A DNA stretch of 64,000 nucleotides from an uncultured virus (IMG/VR IMGVR_UViG_3300033463_000060) (IMGVR_UViG_3300033463_000060), one strand, 5' to 3'; counted from the stretch's first letter, positions 1 through 10,606 are shown. Program-made: numbers and translations. The notes: generated from the letters alone by a model not told the origin.

Positions 1-163
1 CACCGAGCCGTTCCTGATCACCGCAATCGTCGAGTCCTCGCCACGCTCCACGCTCCTCGGCCTGTACTCCGTGATGCAGCGCGAGCGACCCACGAAGCCG
101 AACACCCACATCTTGCGGTAGCCATCCTATAAGACCATGTGTGACAACTCATATTCAGTCCTC

Positions 164-529
164 CTACATTTTATACCAGTCCGTAACTTCATAGTAGTTT
201 TCGAGTGCATCGTCAATCTTGGTTATGGTGCTGCCTCCAACATTCTTGAACGTGCGGAACTTACGCCCACCACAGCGTATCAAATCGCCAACGGTGTTAA
301 TTCCGTTGTCGTGGCAACGCTTCGTGATAGTGCCCTCGATGCGTGTCCTGCAAGCCAAATCCTCAATGGGCGTATCATCCCACTTGGTCGGCTTGCTTTC
401 TACTACGATGTGCTCAGGCTCTTCCATAATCCAATCATAGAATACCTTTGCCGTCTCAATCGCCATACCATTGCTCAATGCAACCTTGGCCAATTCTAAT
501 TTGATTTCTCTGTTAGTCATATCTTTCAA
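164..529 (-). CDS. Protein with RNA polymerase alpha-CTD-like domain
   Basis: C-terminal half TPIEDL..TITKRCHDNGINTVGDLIRC..FKNVGGSTITKIDDAL follows the alpha-CTD pattern (L..R..N.L...GI.TVGDL.....L....N.G..S..EI...L). Confidence 0.7.
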   Translation of the reverse strand: MKDMTNREIKLELAKVALSNGMAIETAKVFYDWIMEEPEHIVVESKPTKWDDTPIEDLACRTRIEGTITKRCHDNGINTVGDLIRCGGRKFRTFKNVGGSTITKIDDALENYYEVTDWYKM

Positions 530-662
530 ACCTTTTATTTATATCATGCCCTTAGGCTTACGCCGCTTCCCGTTTGTCGGGAACGCTCAAACGTGATGAA
601 CTGCCACCCCTCCGCCGCCGTGCATATCCGCTTGCGTACTGTAAATTCTTGGGATGTCATAT

Positions 663-920
663 TCAGTCCTCCGTTTTAATCTTAATAATCCGTCCGCAGT
701 GGGGGCATACGATGGCGGCTGTGCCGTCGGCAAAGTCGCTGAATAGTTCGCAGCGGCGGACGCCCAGGGCAGAGGCCACACGGTCCTGTGTATCGTCGGC
801 TAACGCATCTCGCTTGATCATGCGGGACACCTCGGCCTCCGTCATCCGGAGTTGCTGGGCCAGCCACTTCTGCGTCAGCCCCTTCTGCTGTAATATCTCT
901 TTAATTCTGTATGTCGCCAT
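663..920 (-). CDS. Cro/CI-type HTH regulator with C-terminal CPHCG zinc ribbon
   Basis: IKEILQQKGLTQKWLAQQL..VSRMI HTH; CPHCG; host-type promoter TTTG-N20-TATCTTTG upstream (about 945-977, minus strand). Confidence 0.85.
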   Translation of the reverse strand: MATYRIKEILQQKGLTQKWLAQQLRMTEAEVSRMIKRDALADDTQDRVASALGVRRCELFSDFADGTAAIVCPHCGRIIKIKTED

Positions 921-1152
921 TTCTTTTTCTTTAAATACGATGCCGCAAAGATAAGAAATTATATATTAACACGCAAACGTATTAAAAGAAATTGCGGTTA
1001 AAAGTATAAGATTTAAGTTTATTTATATCTTCGGCAAGAAAGAATCCTTTTATTTTCTGCCACTTTCGCAAAGAAAAAGAAAAGGGGACATGCCGAAACA
1101 CGTCCCCTGGTTATCTCTTCGCCCTGCTCCATCTTGATGCGACGGACGGGAA

Positions 1153-2061
1153 TTACCATGTGTCCTCAAAGGGTTCGTCCCACGATGTGTTAAGACTCAG
1201 GCTCATGTCGCCCTCAGAACCGAAAAGCGGACCGGAGTACTCTGAGATGCGGTTCACCTTGAACGGGGCACCGATCAGCGTGGCCTCGCCGATGGTGTTG
1301 CCGTCGGCATCCCTGGAGGTGATAACAACATCGGTACTCCACTCTTCGGCAGTGGAGAAGCCGAAGAGGTTGCATTGAAGCCCCGACTTGCCCAACTCTG
1401 AGGCAGGCACATTGATGCTGGAAGCCTGCGAGGACTTGGCAGCGACGGGCGCACCGGTGGCGTAGTTGATGCCATAGTACCAAGTATCAGGAGCGATGGA
1501 TATTGTGGCGGTATTCGTGGCCACGGCATCGGTGAAAGTGAGGCGCAGGCGAGTGACGCAGCGATCGAGCGTCACGGCGCGGTTGCCATTAGAAGTACTG
1601 ACAACGCTCACCTCGTAATCCTTGTAAAAGGTGTCGAGCACCTTACTGAACGTGATAGTCTTAGCCTCGGTATCAAGCACGGGCGACTGACCACGCGAGG
1701 CAACGAAGTAGATGTGATGGGAGCCATAAGCCAACTGCATCACCGGCTTGCCAAAATCTTCTGCCGTGTTGTCATCCTGATGAATCTGCTGCACCAGGTT
1801 CCCGTTCATGTAGTCCAGCACCCAGACATCGGTCAGGTCCTTCCCGTCCGCAGCCAGGTAGCCACGCGTCACCGGCTTCCACTCATCGGAGAAGTCCCCC
1901 TTGAGCGTAAACGTGAACTTCTTTGTCTTCGCCACAGTGCCATCAGGCAGCGTCACCTCGCTGGGCTGTTCCTTGCTGGGTGCATCCTCCACACTGATAG
2001 GCTTTTCGCAGGCGGTCATAGTGAAGGCCACCGCCAAGGCCATCAAATAAGATTTCTTCAT
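1153..2061 (-). CDS. Fimbrillin / type V pilin-like (Mfa2/FimB-like) lipoprotein
   Basis: Lipobox MTAC, beta-rich sequence, TRG processing-like site, host-type promoter at about 2138-2172. Confidence 0.6.
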   Translation of the reverse strand: MKKSYLMALAVAFTMTACEKPISVEDAPSKEQPSEVTLPDGTVAKTKKFTFTLKGDFSDEWKPVTRGYLAADGKDLTDVWVLDYMNGNLVQQIHQDDNTAEDFGKPVMQLAYGSHHIYFVASRGQSPVLDTEAKTITFSKVLDTFYKDYEVSVVSTSNGNRAVTLDRCVTRLRLTFTDAVATNTATISIAPDTWYYGINYATGAPVAAKSSQASSINVPASELGKSGLQCNLFGFSTAEEWSTDVVITSRDADGNTIGEATLIGAPFKVNRISEYSGPLFGSEGDMSLSLNTSWDEPFEDTW

Positions 2062-2225
2062 TTTGGTTAAAGTTTAAGTTTTTAAAAAATTAGGTTAATC
2101 CAACGTTTTTGTTTGGACTCTTCACGCGAAGAGCGGGGCAAAGGTAAGCAATAATTTTTGAAAACACAACAAATAAGCGTACAATTTGCCGTTTGCACGC
2201 TTAATATGTTTATAAAAAAGTTATG

Positions 2226-4223
2226 TTAGTCGGCGGGCATGACGACAAACCCGATGCCGTTACGGAAGTGCTTGACGCCCTCATATAACTCATCGAAAGC
2301 ATCGGTACCATCCGTGCGGAGTTCCTCTGGGGTGGCATCCTGAGCATCGACAGAGAGTTTTTCACCTCCCTTCTGTTTGGAGAATGTGGAACCATTGCGA
2401 CCATACGACAGTTTTACGCCTGTTTGCTCGATAGCTGCCGTCAGTGCCTCGTTGTTCTGTGCATTGATGGCAATGGCTGGATAGCCATAGCCCGAAAAAG
2501 CCTCGTTGATATCTTTGTATTTCTGCATGTGAGAGGGTGCCTGTCCTATGTCGATGGGATTGACATTCCACCCGTACTTTCGCAGTTCCTTGATCACCGT
2601 GTCTTTGATGTCGTCCATCGAGATACCATGCAGCTTAAACTTTGCCGTATGTGAGAAATAATAGTTGATGTTATTGTTTCTTTTCTTAAAAGGCGTATAA
2701 TAACGGTCAAAGTCACGAATCAAGTCCTGAATCATACCGCCATTCTTCACAAACATAGAGTTCAGATAATTCAGTGTATCAACTCCATTGCGCTTATACA
2801 ACTGACCCACGCATATCCAGTTGATCAGATTATTATAGTCGAGGGCTATCTCCAACGGCAGGTCGGTGCGTGTATCGCCGTCGAGCGAGCAGTCCTTGAT
2901 GTTGCTCAGATAGTCAAAGTCAGGACTTTCGTATTCAGTAGGGTAGAGCGTACCCCCCACCATCTGCTTGCCCTGCTTGATGGCATAGCTCTTGTCAATA
3001 GCGGGGCAGTCATCGTCGATGTAGGTATGGATATCGGGGTCAAAGTTACAATAAAAACCCTCGCCGCTCTTCTTGGGCTTGATATTCAGGATAGAGATGG
3101 CAAACACCAGCGGTGGCAGGTCGCGCTTCATCCTTCTTATGTAATCCTCGCCCAGGATGTCGATATTGTCGAGCGACGATGCACGTACAAAGTAGAAGCA
3201 GTTGCGGCGCAGAGCGTCAATGTGGGCTTGATATTTCTTCGAGCCACGGATGGCCATCATCTCGAAGTGCTCGTCCTGGGTGATGAGATACTTATAGTCG
3301 AACAGCAGTTCGGCATCGTCCTGATTGATAAGTTTGTATGACACCAGTCGCTCGATAGTTCCCTTGGTATCAACGGCATATTGGGGCGGAATAATCTTGT
3401 ACTGTCCTTCTCGGCTTTCTACGGCAGCGGCAATGGCACGGATGCGCTCCTTGGTGTCAGCACTCACCACTTGCACCCTATGTCCGCTCTTCTTAGCGCT
3501 TCGCAACATCTCGTTGAAGTACATCACGCGGTCTGCATAAGTATCGAGTTCGGCCTGCACCTCACGATAGGTCTTGCCTTTCATCTCTCCATGTTCAATC
3601 ACCTGGTCCAGCACATCCTCTTCCTTCGACAGCCAGTTGCCCCGATTACTCAATGAAGCATCGCTCACAAAGCAGGTGCTTTTATAATAGGGATTCTCCT
3701 CAGTGAACCTGCGGTCGCCAAGCGGATGCACAATACCACTATTTGCAGGCATCACCTCCTCGTCAATCTTCTTCTTTGGGAGAAACTTGCACTCGTCGGC
3801 ATCGACATAGCATAGCGTCATACCGTTGGCAGAACCGAGCGTAGCCAATGACAGTGCGTGGGTCAGGTGTCCGTTGGCAAACCACATAGCGTTCTCATAC
3901 GACTTAGGACGGATAATGCAGGGCGGTGTGCCCTTTGGCGGCTTGCCCCAACCGAAATGAACGCCCTCCTTGAAACCATAGAAGCGCTCCATCGCGGCTA
4001 TTACACCTGGGATGGTTCGAGAAAACAACTGCTTCCTGCTGGCACCCAAGAAACCGCCAGCACCTTGCGGCAGTGAATGAGCAACTGCCCATTTCCTTGG
4101 TCCCAGAACACCGTCTGTCTTACCAAAGCGGCGGGCAGCAACTACGCGGAGGTCACGTGCACCAGCGTAGAAGATGCGCTGCTGCACACGGTTCATATAA
4201 ACGTCACGGGGTTGTTCTGCCAT
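2226..4223 (-). CDS. terL: Terminase large subunit
   Basis: Walker A AARRFGKT, Walker B YVDADE, C-terminal nuclease motifs IALDYN and RTDGTDAFD. Confidence 0.85.
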   Translation of the reverse strand: MAEQPRDVYMNRVQQRIFYAGARDLRVVAARRFGKTDGVLGPRKWAVAHSLPQGAGGFLGASRKQLFSRTIPGVIAAMERFYGFKEGVHFGWGKPPKGTPPCIIRPKSYENAMWFANGHLTHALSLATLGSANGMTLCYVDADECKFLPKKKIDEEVMPANSGIVHPLGDRRFTEENPYYKSTCFVSDASLSNRGNWLSKEEDVLDQVIEHGEMKGKTYREVQAELDTYADRVMYFNEMLRSAKKSGHRVQVVSADTKERIRAIAAAVESREGQYKIIPPQYAVDTKGTIERLVSYKLINQDDAELLFDYKYLITQDEHFEMMAIRGSKKYQAHIDALRRNCFYFVRASSLDNIDILGEDYIRRMKRDLPPLVFAISILNIKPKKSGEGFYCNFDPDIHTYIDDDCPAIDKSYAIKQGKQMVGGTLYPTEYESPDFDYLSNIKDCSLDGDTRTDLPLEIALDYNNLINWICVGQLYKRNGVDTLNYLNSMFVKNGGMIQDLIRDFDRYYTPFKKRNNNINYYFSHTAKFKLHGISMDDIKDTVIKELRKYGWNVNPIDIGQAPSHMQKYKDINEAFSGYGYPAIAINAQNNEALTAAIEQTGVKLSYGRNGSTFSKQKGGEKLSVDAQDATPEELRTDGTDAFDELYEGVKHFRNGIGFVVMPAD

Positions 4224-4227
4224 AGTC

Positions 4228-4569
4228 TTATGTTCGTGGTACTACAAAAATGGTCAGTTCTCCTGTGGCTACTGATACATCCATACGGAAATCTGCCATT
4301 TTCAAGTCATCAATATAAAGTTTTAGCGGGTCGCCGAGTCCGCATACGGTGGCTTTGAAGAAATCACGCAGCCGAGCTTCGTCGAATGATTCGCAGCCTG
4401 GGTCAAACTCATTGCAGGGCTTATATGCTCTAATGAATGCAGATACCTTTTCTGGTATCACATAGTCGCTGAGATGTACTTGGAACTGGTCGCCATTGCC
4501 TTCGACTACGGTGGTATCATCGGGAGCATCTTCCCAATCGTTGTCGATATATTTCTTCTTCTTTTTCAT
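4228..4569 (-). CDS. Hypothetical phage protein
   Basis: ORF tightly packed in the terminase operon. Confidence 0.7.
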   Translation of the reverse strand: MKKKKKYIDNDWEDAPDDTTVVEGNGDQFQVHLSDYVIPEKVSAFIRAYKPCNEFDPGCESFDEARLRDFFKATVCGLGDPLKLYIDDLKMADFRMDVSVATGELTIFVVPRT

Positions 4570-4638
4570 AAAATCCCTGCTTTATAGCCGCCCCTTATCA
4601 AGGGGCTCAAAATGCTTCTTTCGTTTCTTTGCCATAGG

Positions 4639-5367
4639 TTATTGATCGTTCTCAACAAAAATATCTTTTTCTTCCTCCTCCATAGGCTGCCATACGCCGT
4701 TGACCTCCTCCATCTGTATAGAAAGTTCTTTTTCGGTCAGTCCGTACTTCTTCTTCATCTTCTCGCGTTCCTCGTCGGTCATGCTCTGACGGTCGGCCTT
4801 GACAACCGATACGTCGCCAGTGATGTTGATATCGGTGTTTGGCATCTGCTCCTGCGGGTCGTCATCGTCCTTGAAGTCGTTGTTAATCTTCGCGAGGTCT
4901 TGGTTGGCCTGCTTCACGGCCTGCCATGTACCCGTCTTCCTTCCGTAATTCATCATCCACGAGATATTATCCTCGAACATGGCCTTGTGGATATACTTCT
5001 TCGAGACATTAAGGCGAGAAAGTAGTTGATTGATGACCCAGATGTCGTTGGAGATGTTGGTTTCGGAACGCATGCTAATAGTACCAGTCTCGGGGTCTTG
5101 GACAATACCTAACGCTGTTATCATCTCTGTGGCTTCTTCGTTGCCCATTCGAGCTTGGTCCACAAGCATACGATAATCGCGTGCAGCGATGTTCTTCACC
5201 AGTTTACGAATGGGCACGGAAGTATTCTCGGAGAACAGCTTGTAACACTCCAGGCACAATCGTGCCCGGAACTGCTGCTCCTTATTGGAGAATACTCTTT
5301 CTAACTCTACGCCGCTGGTGGCCCATGATACAACCTTACCGACGTAGGTAGCTGACGGCTGACTCAT
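4639..5367 (-). CDS. Hypothetical protein, possible terminase small subunit
   Basis: Helical 242-aa ORF upstream of terL; function inferred from position only. Confidence 0.5.
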   Translation of the reverse strand: MSQPSATYVGKVVSWATSGVELERVFSNKEQQFRARLCLECYKLFSENTSVPIRKLVKNIAARDYRMLVDQARMGNEEATEMITALGIVQDPETGTISMRSETNISNDIWVINQLLSRLNVSKKYIHKAMFEDNISWMMNYGRKTGTWQAVKQANQDLAKINNDFKDDDDPQEQMPNTDINITGDVSVVKADRQSMTDEEREKMKKKYGLTEKELSIQMEEVNGVWQPMEEEEKDIFVENDQ

Positions 5368-6782
5368 TTCTTTGTTGTTTTATTTGTTGATTTCTTGTTT
5401 TGCGCCTTTGTTGTTTTGCGTGTTTCTTGCTTTTCGGGTTTCTTGTGATTCGCCTCGTAGTCCTCGATGGCGGCATCGACGATGGGACGGTACACCTTGG
5501 CCTCTTTTTCGCCCAGCAGTTCTATCAGGCGGGCGTAGCGTTTCTCCATGGTCTCGATGCGCTGCTTTACGTTGGGCTTATCCTTGCGCTTCAGGTAGCG
5601 CAGCAGTTCGCTGACCTCCTTCTTTTTCTCCTCCTCGGCCTTCATCTGTGCGGCATACTCGGGGTTCTCCTGCTCGATGATGGTCTTGATGCGCAGATCC
5701 AGTTCGGGCGACTTCACCTTCTCGTAGTAAGGACGGGTGATATATTGAATCTTCTCGATATCCACACCCTTGAAACGCTGCTTGAACTGCTCCACGAACG
5801 GCAGGTCGAGATACAGGCGCTTGTGCAGGATGGCCAGCTCATCGTCGATAGCGGCATAGGTCTGCAGATAAGCCTCGGTGGCCACCTTGGCCTGTTCGGC
5901 ATATTCGGCAATGGCTTCGGCAGGCTGTCCCAGGTCGGCCATGGTCTTGGCACGCTCGCTGGCACTCTCGGCGGCGGTACGCTGACTCTGCACGAGTTTG
6001 ATGCGCTCCTGCAGGGGCTTAGAGCACATCCATGCCAACTGGTCGAGGTGCAACTTATCCTGTGCCATCCGCATCTCGTAGGAGTCGCTCATGATTTGGG
6101 CGCAGGGGCTCTGCTTGCCCTCGGTGCCGCTCACGTGAGCGCTGCCCAGCGCCGCACCGACCTCGCGGTTGATGAACGACAGCGTGGTGTCGGGGGTGGG
6201 TCCAAAAAGGGTAGGGTTCTTCTTTTCCTCTTCAGCCTTTTTTGCTTCGCGCAAGGCTTTCAGTTCGGCATTGTTCTTCTCGCGGGGTGCCTCGCCGCTT
6301 ACGATGACCTCCATGCCCAGGAGTTTGGCAATGGCACGGCGACGACGAGATTCGGCATCATCGCCCTGGACCACCAGCGCCTCGCCACGCAGACGGGCGG
6401 CTATCTCCTCCTTCGTAGGACGTCCACGGCGACGCAGAGGAACACTGGGTGATACTTGCACCACCTTACGTCCATCAATAGTCTGTATGGTAAGTCCCGC
6501 AGCCAGTTCCTCCACTACCTTATCTATATAAAGGGGCAGACGATAGGCACGGCGGTCGTAGTCGGCAAAGTGGGCCGTCTTCTCACAGAAGTCCTCACAG
6601 AAAGGCCATGAGGCCAACAACCGCAGGCCTTGCTCCATATCGGTGATATCGTTTCTGCTCCACCCTGAACTCAGTTTCGCCAGTCGGCGACCCTTATCCA
6701 TCCACTCCGTGAACTCACTCACCCAGCGTTCCTGCTCATCGGCAGTCATCTCGCTGTACTTCTTGATGTTTCTTAAATCCAT
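5364..6782 (-). CDS. Hypothetical helical protein with AT-hook-like RRRGRP motif
   Basis: 472-aa ORF, first gene of the terminase operon, 4-nt overlap with the next gene. Confidence 0.7.
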   Translation of the reverse strand: MDLRNIKKYSEMTADEQERWVSEFTEWMDKGRRLAKLSSGWSRNDITDMEQGLRLLASWPFCEDFCEKTAHFADYDRRAYRLPLYIDKVVEELAAGLTIQTIDGRKVVQVSPSVPLRRRGRPTKEEIAARLRGEALVVQGDDAESRRRRAIAKLLGMEVIVSGEAPREKNNAELKALREAKKAEEEKKNPTLFGPTPDTTLSFINREVGAALGSAHVSGTEGKQSPCAQIMSDSYEMRMAQDKLHLDQLAWMCSKPLQERIKLVQSQRTAAESASERAKTMADLGQPAEAIAEYAEQAKVATEAYLQTYAAIDDELAILHKRLYLDLPFVEQFKQRFKGVDIEKIQYITRPYYEKVKSPELDLRIKTIIEQENPEYAAQMKAEEEKKKEVSELLRYLKRKDKPNVKQRIETMEKRYARLIELLGEKEAKVYRPIVDAAIEDYEANHKKPEKQETRKTTKAQNKKSTNKTTKK

Positions 6783-6807
6783 AGCTTTTACTTTTTATTT
6801 CTGAGTA

Positions 6808-6885
6808 CAAAGATACAATCTTGGCAAATCATAAACGGACAATAATTCCTATGTCCGTTTACCGATGGGCACTACACTATCTTTG
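6808..6885. promoter_or_regulatory. Back-to-back late promoters TGTCCG-N20-TATCTTTG (terminase and portal operons)
   Basis: Plus strand: TGTCCG 6852-6857, TATCTTTG 6878-6885. Minus strand: CGGACA 6836-6841, CAAAGATA 6808-6815. Confidence 0.75.
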
Positions 6886-6909
6886 TACTGTCTTTAAACA
6901 TAAAAGGTA

Positions 6910-8733
6910 ATGAAAAAGAAGAACTTGCAGCATCGCAACATCGTAAAGGTACAGGGCGCCGACGCGCTCCGCTCTGTTACCGACGAGTTGAAGGGTCAGG
7001 GCTATTTCCCTGCTCCGATGCCCAACGACTTCGGACACCACAGCAACAACGATGGGCCGAATTTAGGCCTATGGGAGGACTACATTCACTCGAGGCTGAC
7101 GTGTCAGGAGCCTGGAACACCGAGCGCCAGTAAACAATATGCCACGCTGCATCTGAGCAGTGGTATAGAGGTGCCGACACCCGACAATATCGGTACGCCT
7201 GGACTGGGCTACATGGAGTGGGGTGTAGGCAACCGCAAGCCCAGTGTGATGACGCTGTTGCGCGAGGCAAGTCCTTATACCGCCAGTGCTCATCGCTTTA
7301 ACACCGACCTGTGTGCCGGCAAGGGGCCGCGCTTCGTCTATTCCTATGTGCAGTACGTGGGTGGTAACATCACCGAGAAGCGCATCTCGTTCAAGGATGC
7401 TGGCGTGCTGATTAAGGGATGGATTCGCGACCTGAAGCGCGAGCTGCGACAGTTGGAACAAGCAGAACCCGCCGGAGGAACCGCCGGAAATGCGGTGGCC
7501 ACGGTTGGTGCCACTGCTCCCGTTGCATCTCCAGCGGGCGATGATCTGGCCAAGGATATCCACGAGCAGATAGAAACGCTCGAAAAGGAGTACGACCATT
7601 GGGAGAAGACCAATGAGTTCCTGACCAACTTCGGCGATCGCAACAACCTGGCACTGACCTACCTGTCATTGACTGAGGATATGCAGGACCAGAACCTGTG
7701 CTTCGCAGAAATCATGCTGAATCAGCGCACGCTGGACGAGAACGGCAAGAACGTGCCTACGAAAATGTGGCTACCAGAGGTGACTGGCATCCGCTACCGT
7801 AGTGCCCATACCTGCCGACTGGAACGAAAGGACAAGAATGGACGCATCAACTACGTGTATATCAGCAGTGGTTTCCTCACCCCGCAGCAGTTGCCTTCAT
7901 CGGCTACCGACAAGGGCGAGGACGTGCTGGAGATGATTGCACTGCCGGCACTCGACCCGCAGTCGCCACTGACAGACCTGGAGCGTATCGTCCGTGAGAC
8001 GCGAAAGGAGAACGGCTCTATCCGTAAGCGTCCGACGCGCTTCATCATCCCTATTGCCTATCCCAGTGCGGGTCGTCCGTATTACCCAGTACCGGCATGG
8101 CAGAGCATCTTCTCAGGCGATATCTATGAGTACCTGATGACGATGATCAGCGACCGCAACAAGCGTCGTAAGAACTCGAATGTTATTGGTCGCATCCTGT
8201 ATCTTAATAATGAATATATGGAGCGCCTGTACTTCCAGAACAAGGCCGACACGCCTGCTGCCAAACTGGAGGTATTCTCGAAACTCCGCGAGCAAATCAA
8301 CTCGTTCCTCATGGACCGCGACAATACTGGCAAGCCCCTCGTTGCCTATACCTTCCTTGGCTCTGACGGCAAGACCTACGAATCCTGGAAAATCGTGGAA
8401 ATCGAGGCCAACAACAAGCAGACGGCTGAAGCCAACCAGAAGGAGTTGGCGGAAATCAGCAGCATCGTCTTCTTTGCCTTTGGACTGGACAGCCGACTGG
8501 TGGGCAACTCGCCTGGCGACGTGGCCAGCAGTGGTGGTACTGACTTGCGTGAGCGCTACCTGCTGAAACAGGTGCAGATGTCTCCTATGCAGAATCTGAT
8601 GCTCATGCCCCTCTACTTGATGAAAGCATTCAACAACCTCGACCCGCACTTGGAGTTCGAGATTCCGCGTGAAGTGCTGACTACGCTCGATAATAGTAAA
8701 ACAGGTATCACTAATGCAGAACAACCAACATGA
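6910..8733 (+). CDS. Portal protein (Bacteroidales phage type)
   Basis: 607 aa; GRPYYPVPAW and FAFGLDSRLVG..SSGGTDLRE motifs typical of portals; adjacent to terminase. Confidence 0.65.
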   Translation: MKKKNLQHRNIVKVQGADALRSVTDELKGQGYFPAPMPNDFGHHSNNDGPNLGLWEDYIHSRLTCQEPGTPSASKQYATLHLSSGIEVPTPDNIGTPGLGYMEWGVGNRKPSVMTLLREASPYTASAHRFNTDLCAGKGPRFVYSYVQYVGGNITEKRISFKDAGVLIKGWIRDLKRELRQLEQAEPAGGTAGNAVATVGATAPVASPAGDDLAKDIHEQIETLEKEYDHWEKTNEFLTNFGDRNNLALTYLSLTEDMQDQNLCFAEIMLNQRTLDENGKNVPTKMWLPEVTGIRYRSAHTCRLERKDKNGRINYVYISSGFLTPQQLPSSATDKGEDVLEMIALPALDPQSPLTDLERIVRETRKENGSIRKRPTRFIIPIAYPSAGRPYYPVPAWQSIFSGDIYEYLMTMISDRNKRRKNSNVIGRILYLNNEYMERLYFQNKADTPAAKLEVFSKLREQINSFLMDRDNTGKPLVAYTFLGSDGKTYESWKIVEIEANNKQTAEANQKELAEISSIVFFAFGLDSRLVGNSPGDVASSGGTDLRERYLLKQVQMSPMQNLMLMPLYLMKAFNNLDPHLEFEIPREVLTTLDNSKTGITNAEQPT

Positions 8734-9758
8734 TTATCACAGATATTCAAGAGTTGCGACTGGCCAGCCCTGCCCACGCACTCGACTCAATGGACGGACT
8801 ATTGGGCTTCATAGACAACAGTGAGCACGACTTCTTGGAAGATAAGCTCGGCACACCGCTGTACGAAGCGCTATGCAAGTGGTACGACGAGAACCCCATG
8901 ACGCGCTCTACGGTCAGCGACTATCAGACGGGCTGTTGGAACCGCCTGCTGCTCATTGCGCAGCGCGTGGTGGCTTTCGACGCACTGGGGCGTGCCATAG
9001 GTATGCAGGCTATCTCGGTGAACAACAGCGGTATCAACCAGATGATAGCCGACGACTATCCTGCGCCCGACAAGAATGGCAAGACCATCGACCTCTATAT
9101 CCAGACCTGCAACAAGGAGGCGCACGCCGCCCTGAACCAGATGCTGCGCCTGTTGGAGCAGTGGTGCAAGGCGACGGACGAGGATGAAGATCGCGAGGCC
9201 ATCGTCAGCGACTGGAAGAAGAGCCGCTACTACTACCTTGCGGCGCAGTTGCTCATCCCGTCGTGCGAGACCCTGCAGGTTTATATGAACATCTACGACA
9301 GCCGAGAAAAGTTCATCCAGTTGCTGCCTGATTTGCAGTTTATCCAGGAAGAACAAATCGCCACGTCCGTTGGCGAGGATCTGATGAAAGCACTCGTTGC
9401 ATTCTCTACCAATGGTACTAAGCCCGATGGAGTAGGGGAAGCACTGTTGCAGACAGTCTTGCATCGTCTCCGCAAGGTCATGGCAGCCTTGCTTGCAGGG
9501 CGTACATCTGTGCTGAAATACACCAAGGAGCAGAAGGTGCAGTTCCACGACGATGGTGTGCGCATGTTCGAGACGGCCATCAACTTCCTACGTTCGCATC
9601 AGCAAGACTTCCCTGTGGATCTTGTGAAGGATGCTCCGTGGTATGTGTCTCCAGAGTCTGTTGATAGTAATACAACTAATGAATCTGCATGTGATTGTTG
9701 TCATACACCGAATGAAAAAAGTCAAGGTGCAGCATTATGGACTCCTCCGATTCTCTAA
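8730..9758 (+). CDS. Putative head-completion protein (DUF6712-like)
   Basis: Overlaps the portal stop (ATGA); two-repeat helical architecture as in genes following Bacteroidales portals. Confidence 0.5.
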   Translation: MIITDIQELRLASPAHALDSMDGLLGFIDNSEHDFLEDKLGTPLYEALCKWYDENPMTRSTVSDYQTGCWNRLLLIAQRVVAFDALGRAIGMQAISVNNSGINQMIADDYPAPDKNGKTIDLYIQTCNKEAHAALNQMLRLLEQWCKATDEDEDREAIVSDWKKSRYYYLAAQLLIPSCETLQVYMNIYDSREKFIQLLPDLQFIQEEQIATSVGEDLMKALVAFSTNGTKPDGVGEALLQTVLHRLRKVMAALLAGRTSVLKYTKEQKVQFHDDGVRMFETAINFLRSHQQDFPVDLVKDAPWYVSPESVDSNTTNESACDCCHTPNEKSQGAALWTPPIL

Positions 9759-9781
9759 TATTAACGTTAATTTAACTCATG

Positions 9782-9820
9782 GCGGTCTTCAATGGTTGAA
9801 ATGGAGACCGCTATTTTTTT
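9782..9820 (+). terminator. Intrinsic terminator
   Basis: GCGGTCT..AGACCGC hairpin followed by a T run. Confidence 0.7.
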
Positions 9821-10045
9821 TGTCCTATATCGTTATATTTTGTTGCTATTGGCAGTTTTTTCTATAAGTTTTTCGTTCTTAAATTCCTGATATTAAGCCG
9901 ATTGAAATCTATTGTGAGAGAGTGAAGACTATAATTCAGTCGGTACATGCTTAATTGCTTGTTTTTAGTGTTGTTGAGAGGTAATTTTGCTTTGTCTTAT
10001 TGACAAAGTAACATTATTATTAACTAACACAAAAACTATTCGATT

Positions 10046-10606
10046 ATGGCATTAGACATGAACGATTTGATGATGCTCAAAGGCATGGACAAGGAAAGCC
10101 TTTCTCCTTATGAGCAGGTGAAGCTAGACCACATGACTGCTAAGGGGCATACCAGCGGTGTGGCTGTTGCTGGTTTGGTAACAGGTGTAGTAGGTGTGAC
10201 CGCAGGTGTGACTGCATGGCTGTTTGGAGGCTTGTTTGCCAATGCCAAGGGCAAGGAGGCCAAGGAAGTGGCTATTGCTGCCAAAGAACAGGCTGCTCTA
10301 CTGAACGGAAGCACACAGCGTCAGCTTGACCAGTTGACCAATCTGTTTGCTGCAGAGCGTCAGGAGCGTATCGCTGGTGACGTGACTCTGAATCAGACAA
10401 TCACCGATACGGTGTCTGGTAGTCAGCAGGGCCAACTGACGGCTACCCAGCAGGCCGAGCTCGCTGCTTCTCAGGCTACGCAGCAGGTGATGACGCAGAC
10501 CTATAGCGACTTCGTGACTGGTCGTGCATCACTGAACCCAACTCCCGTCAGCCTGTACTCGGCTCCACAGCCTTGTGCTTGCCCTGGTTGTGGTTGCAAC
10601 GGCTAA
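10046..10606 (+). CDS. Hypothetical protein with hydrophobic segment, Gln-rich coil and Cys-rich tail
   Basis: TAATTTTG promoter at 9982; ends PCACPGCGCNG. Confidence 0.8.
   Translation: MALDMNDLMMLKGMDKESLSPYEQVKLDHMTAKGHTSGVAVAGLVTGVVGVTAGVTAWLFGGLFANAKGKEAKEVAIAAKEQAALLNGSTQRQLDQLTNLFAAERQERIAGDVTLNQTITDTVSGSQQGQLTATQQAELAASQATQQVMTQTYSDFVTGRASLNPTPVSLYSAPQPCACPGCGCNG

Noticed and set aside
5400..6452. Long antisense ORFs (also 18937-19725, 25215-26207, 61624-62658)
   Set aside because: Shadow frames of GC3-rich genes on the opposite strand, with no motifs or leaders
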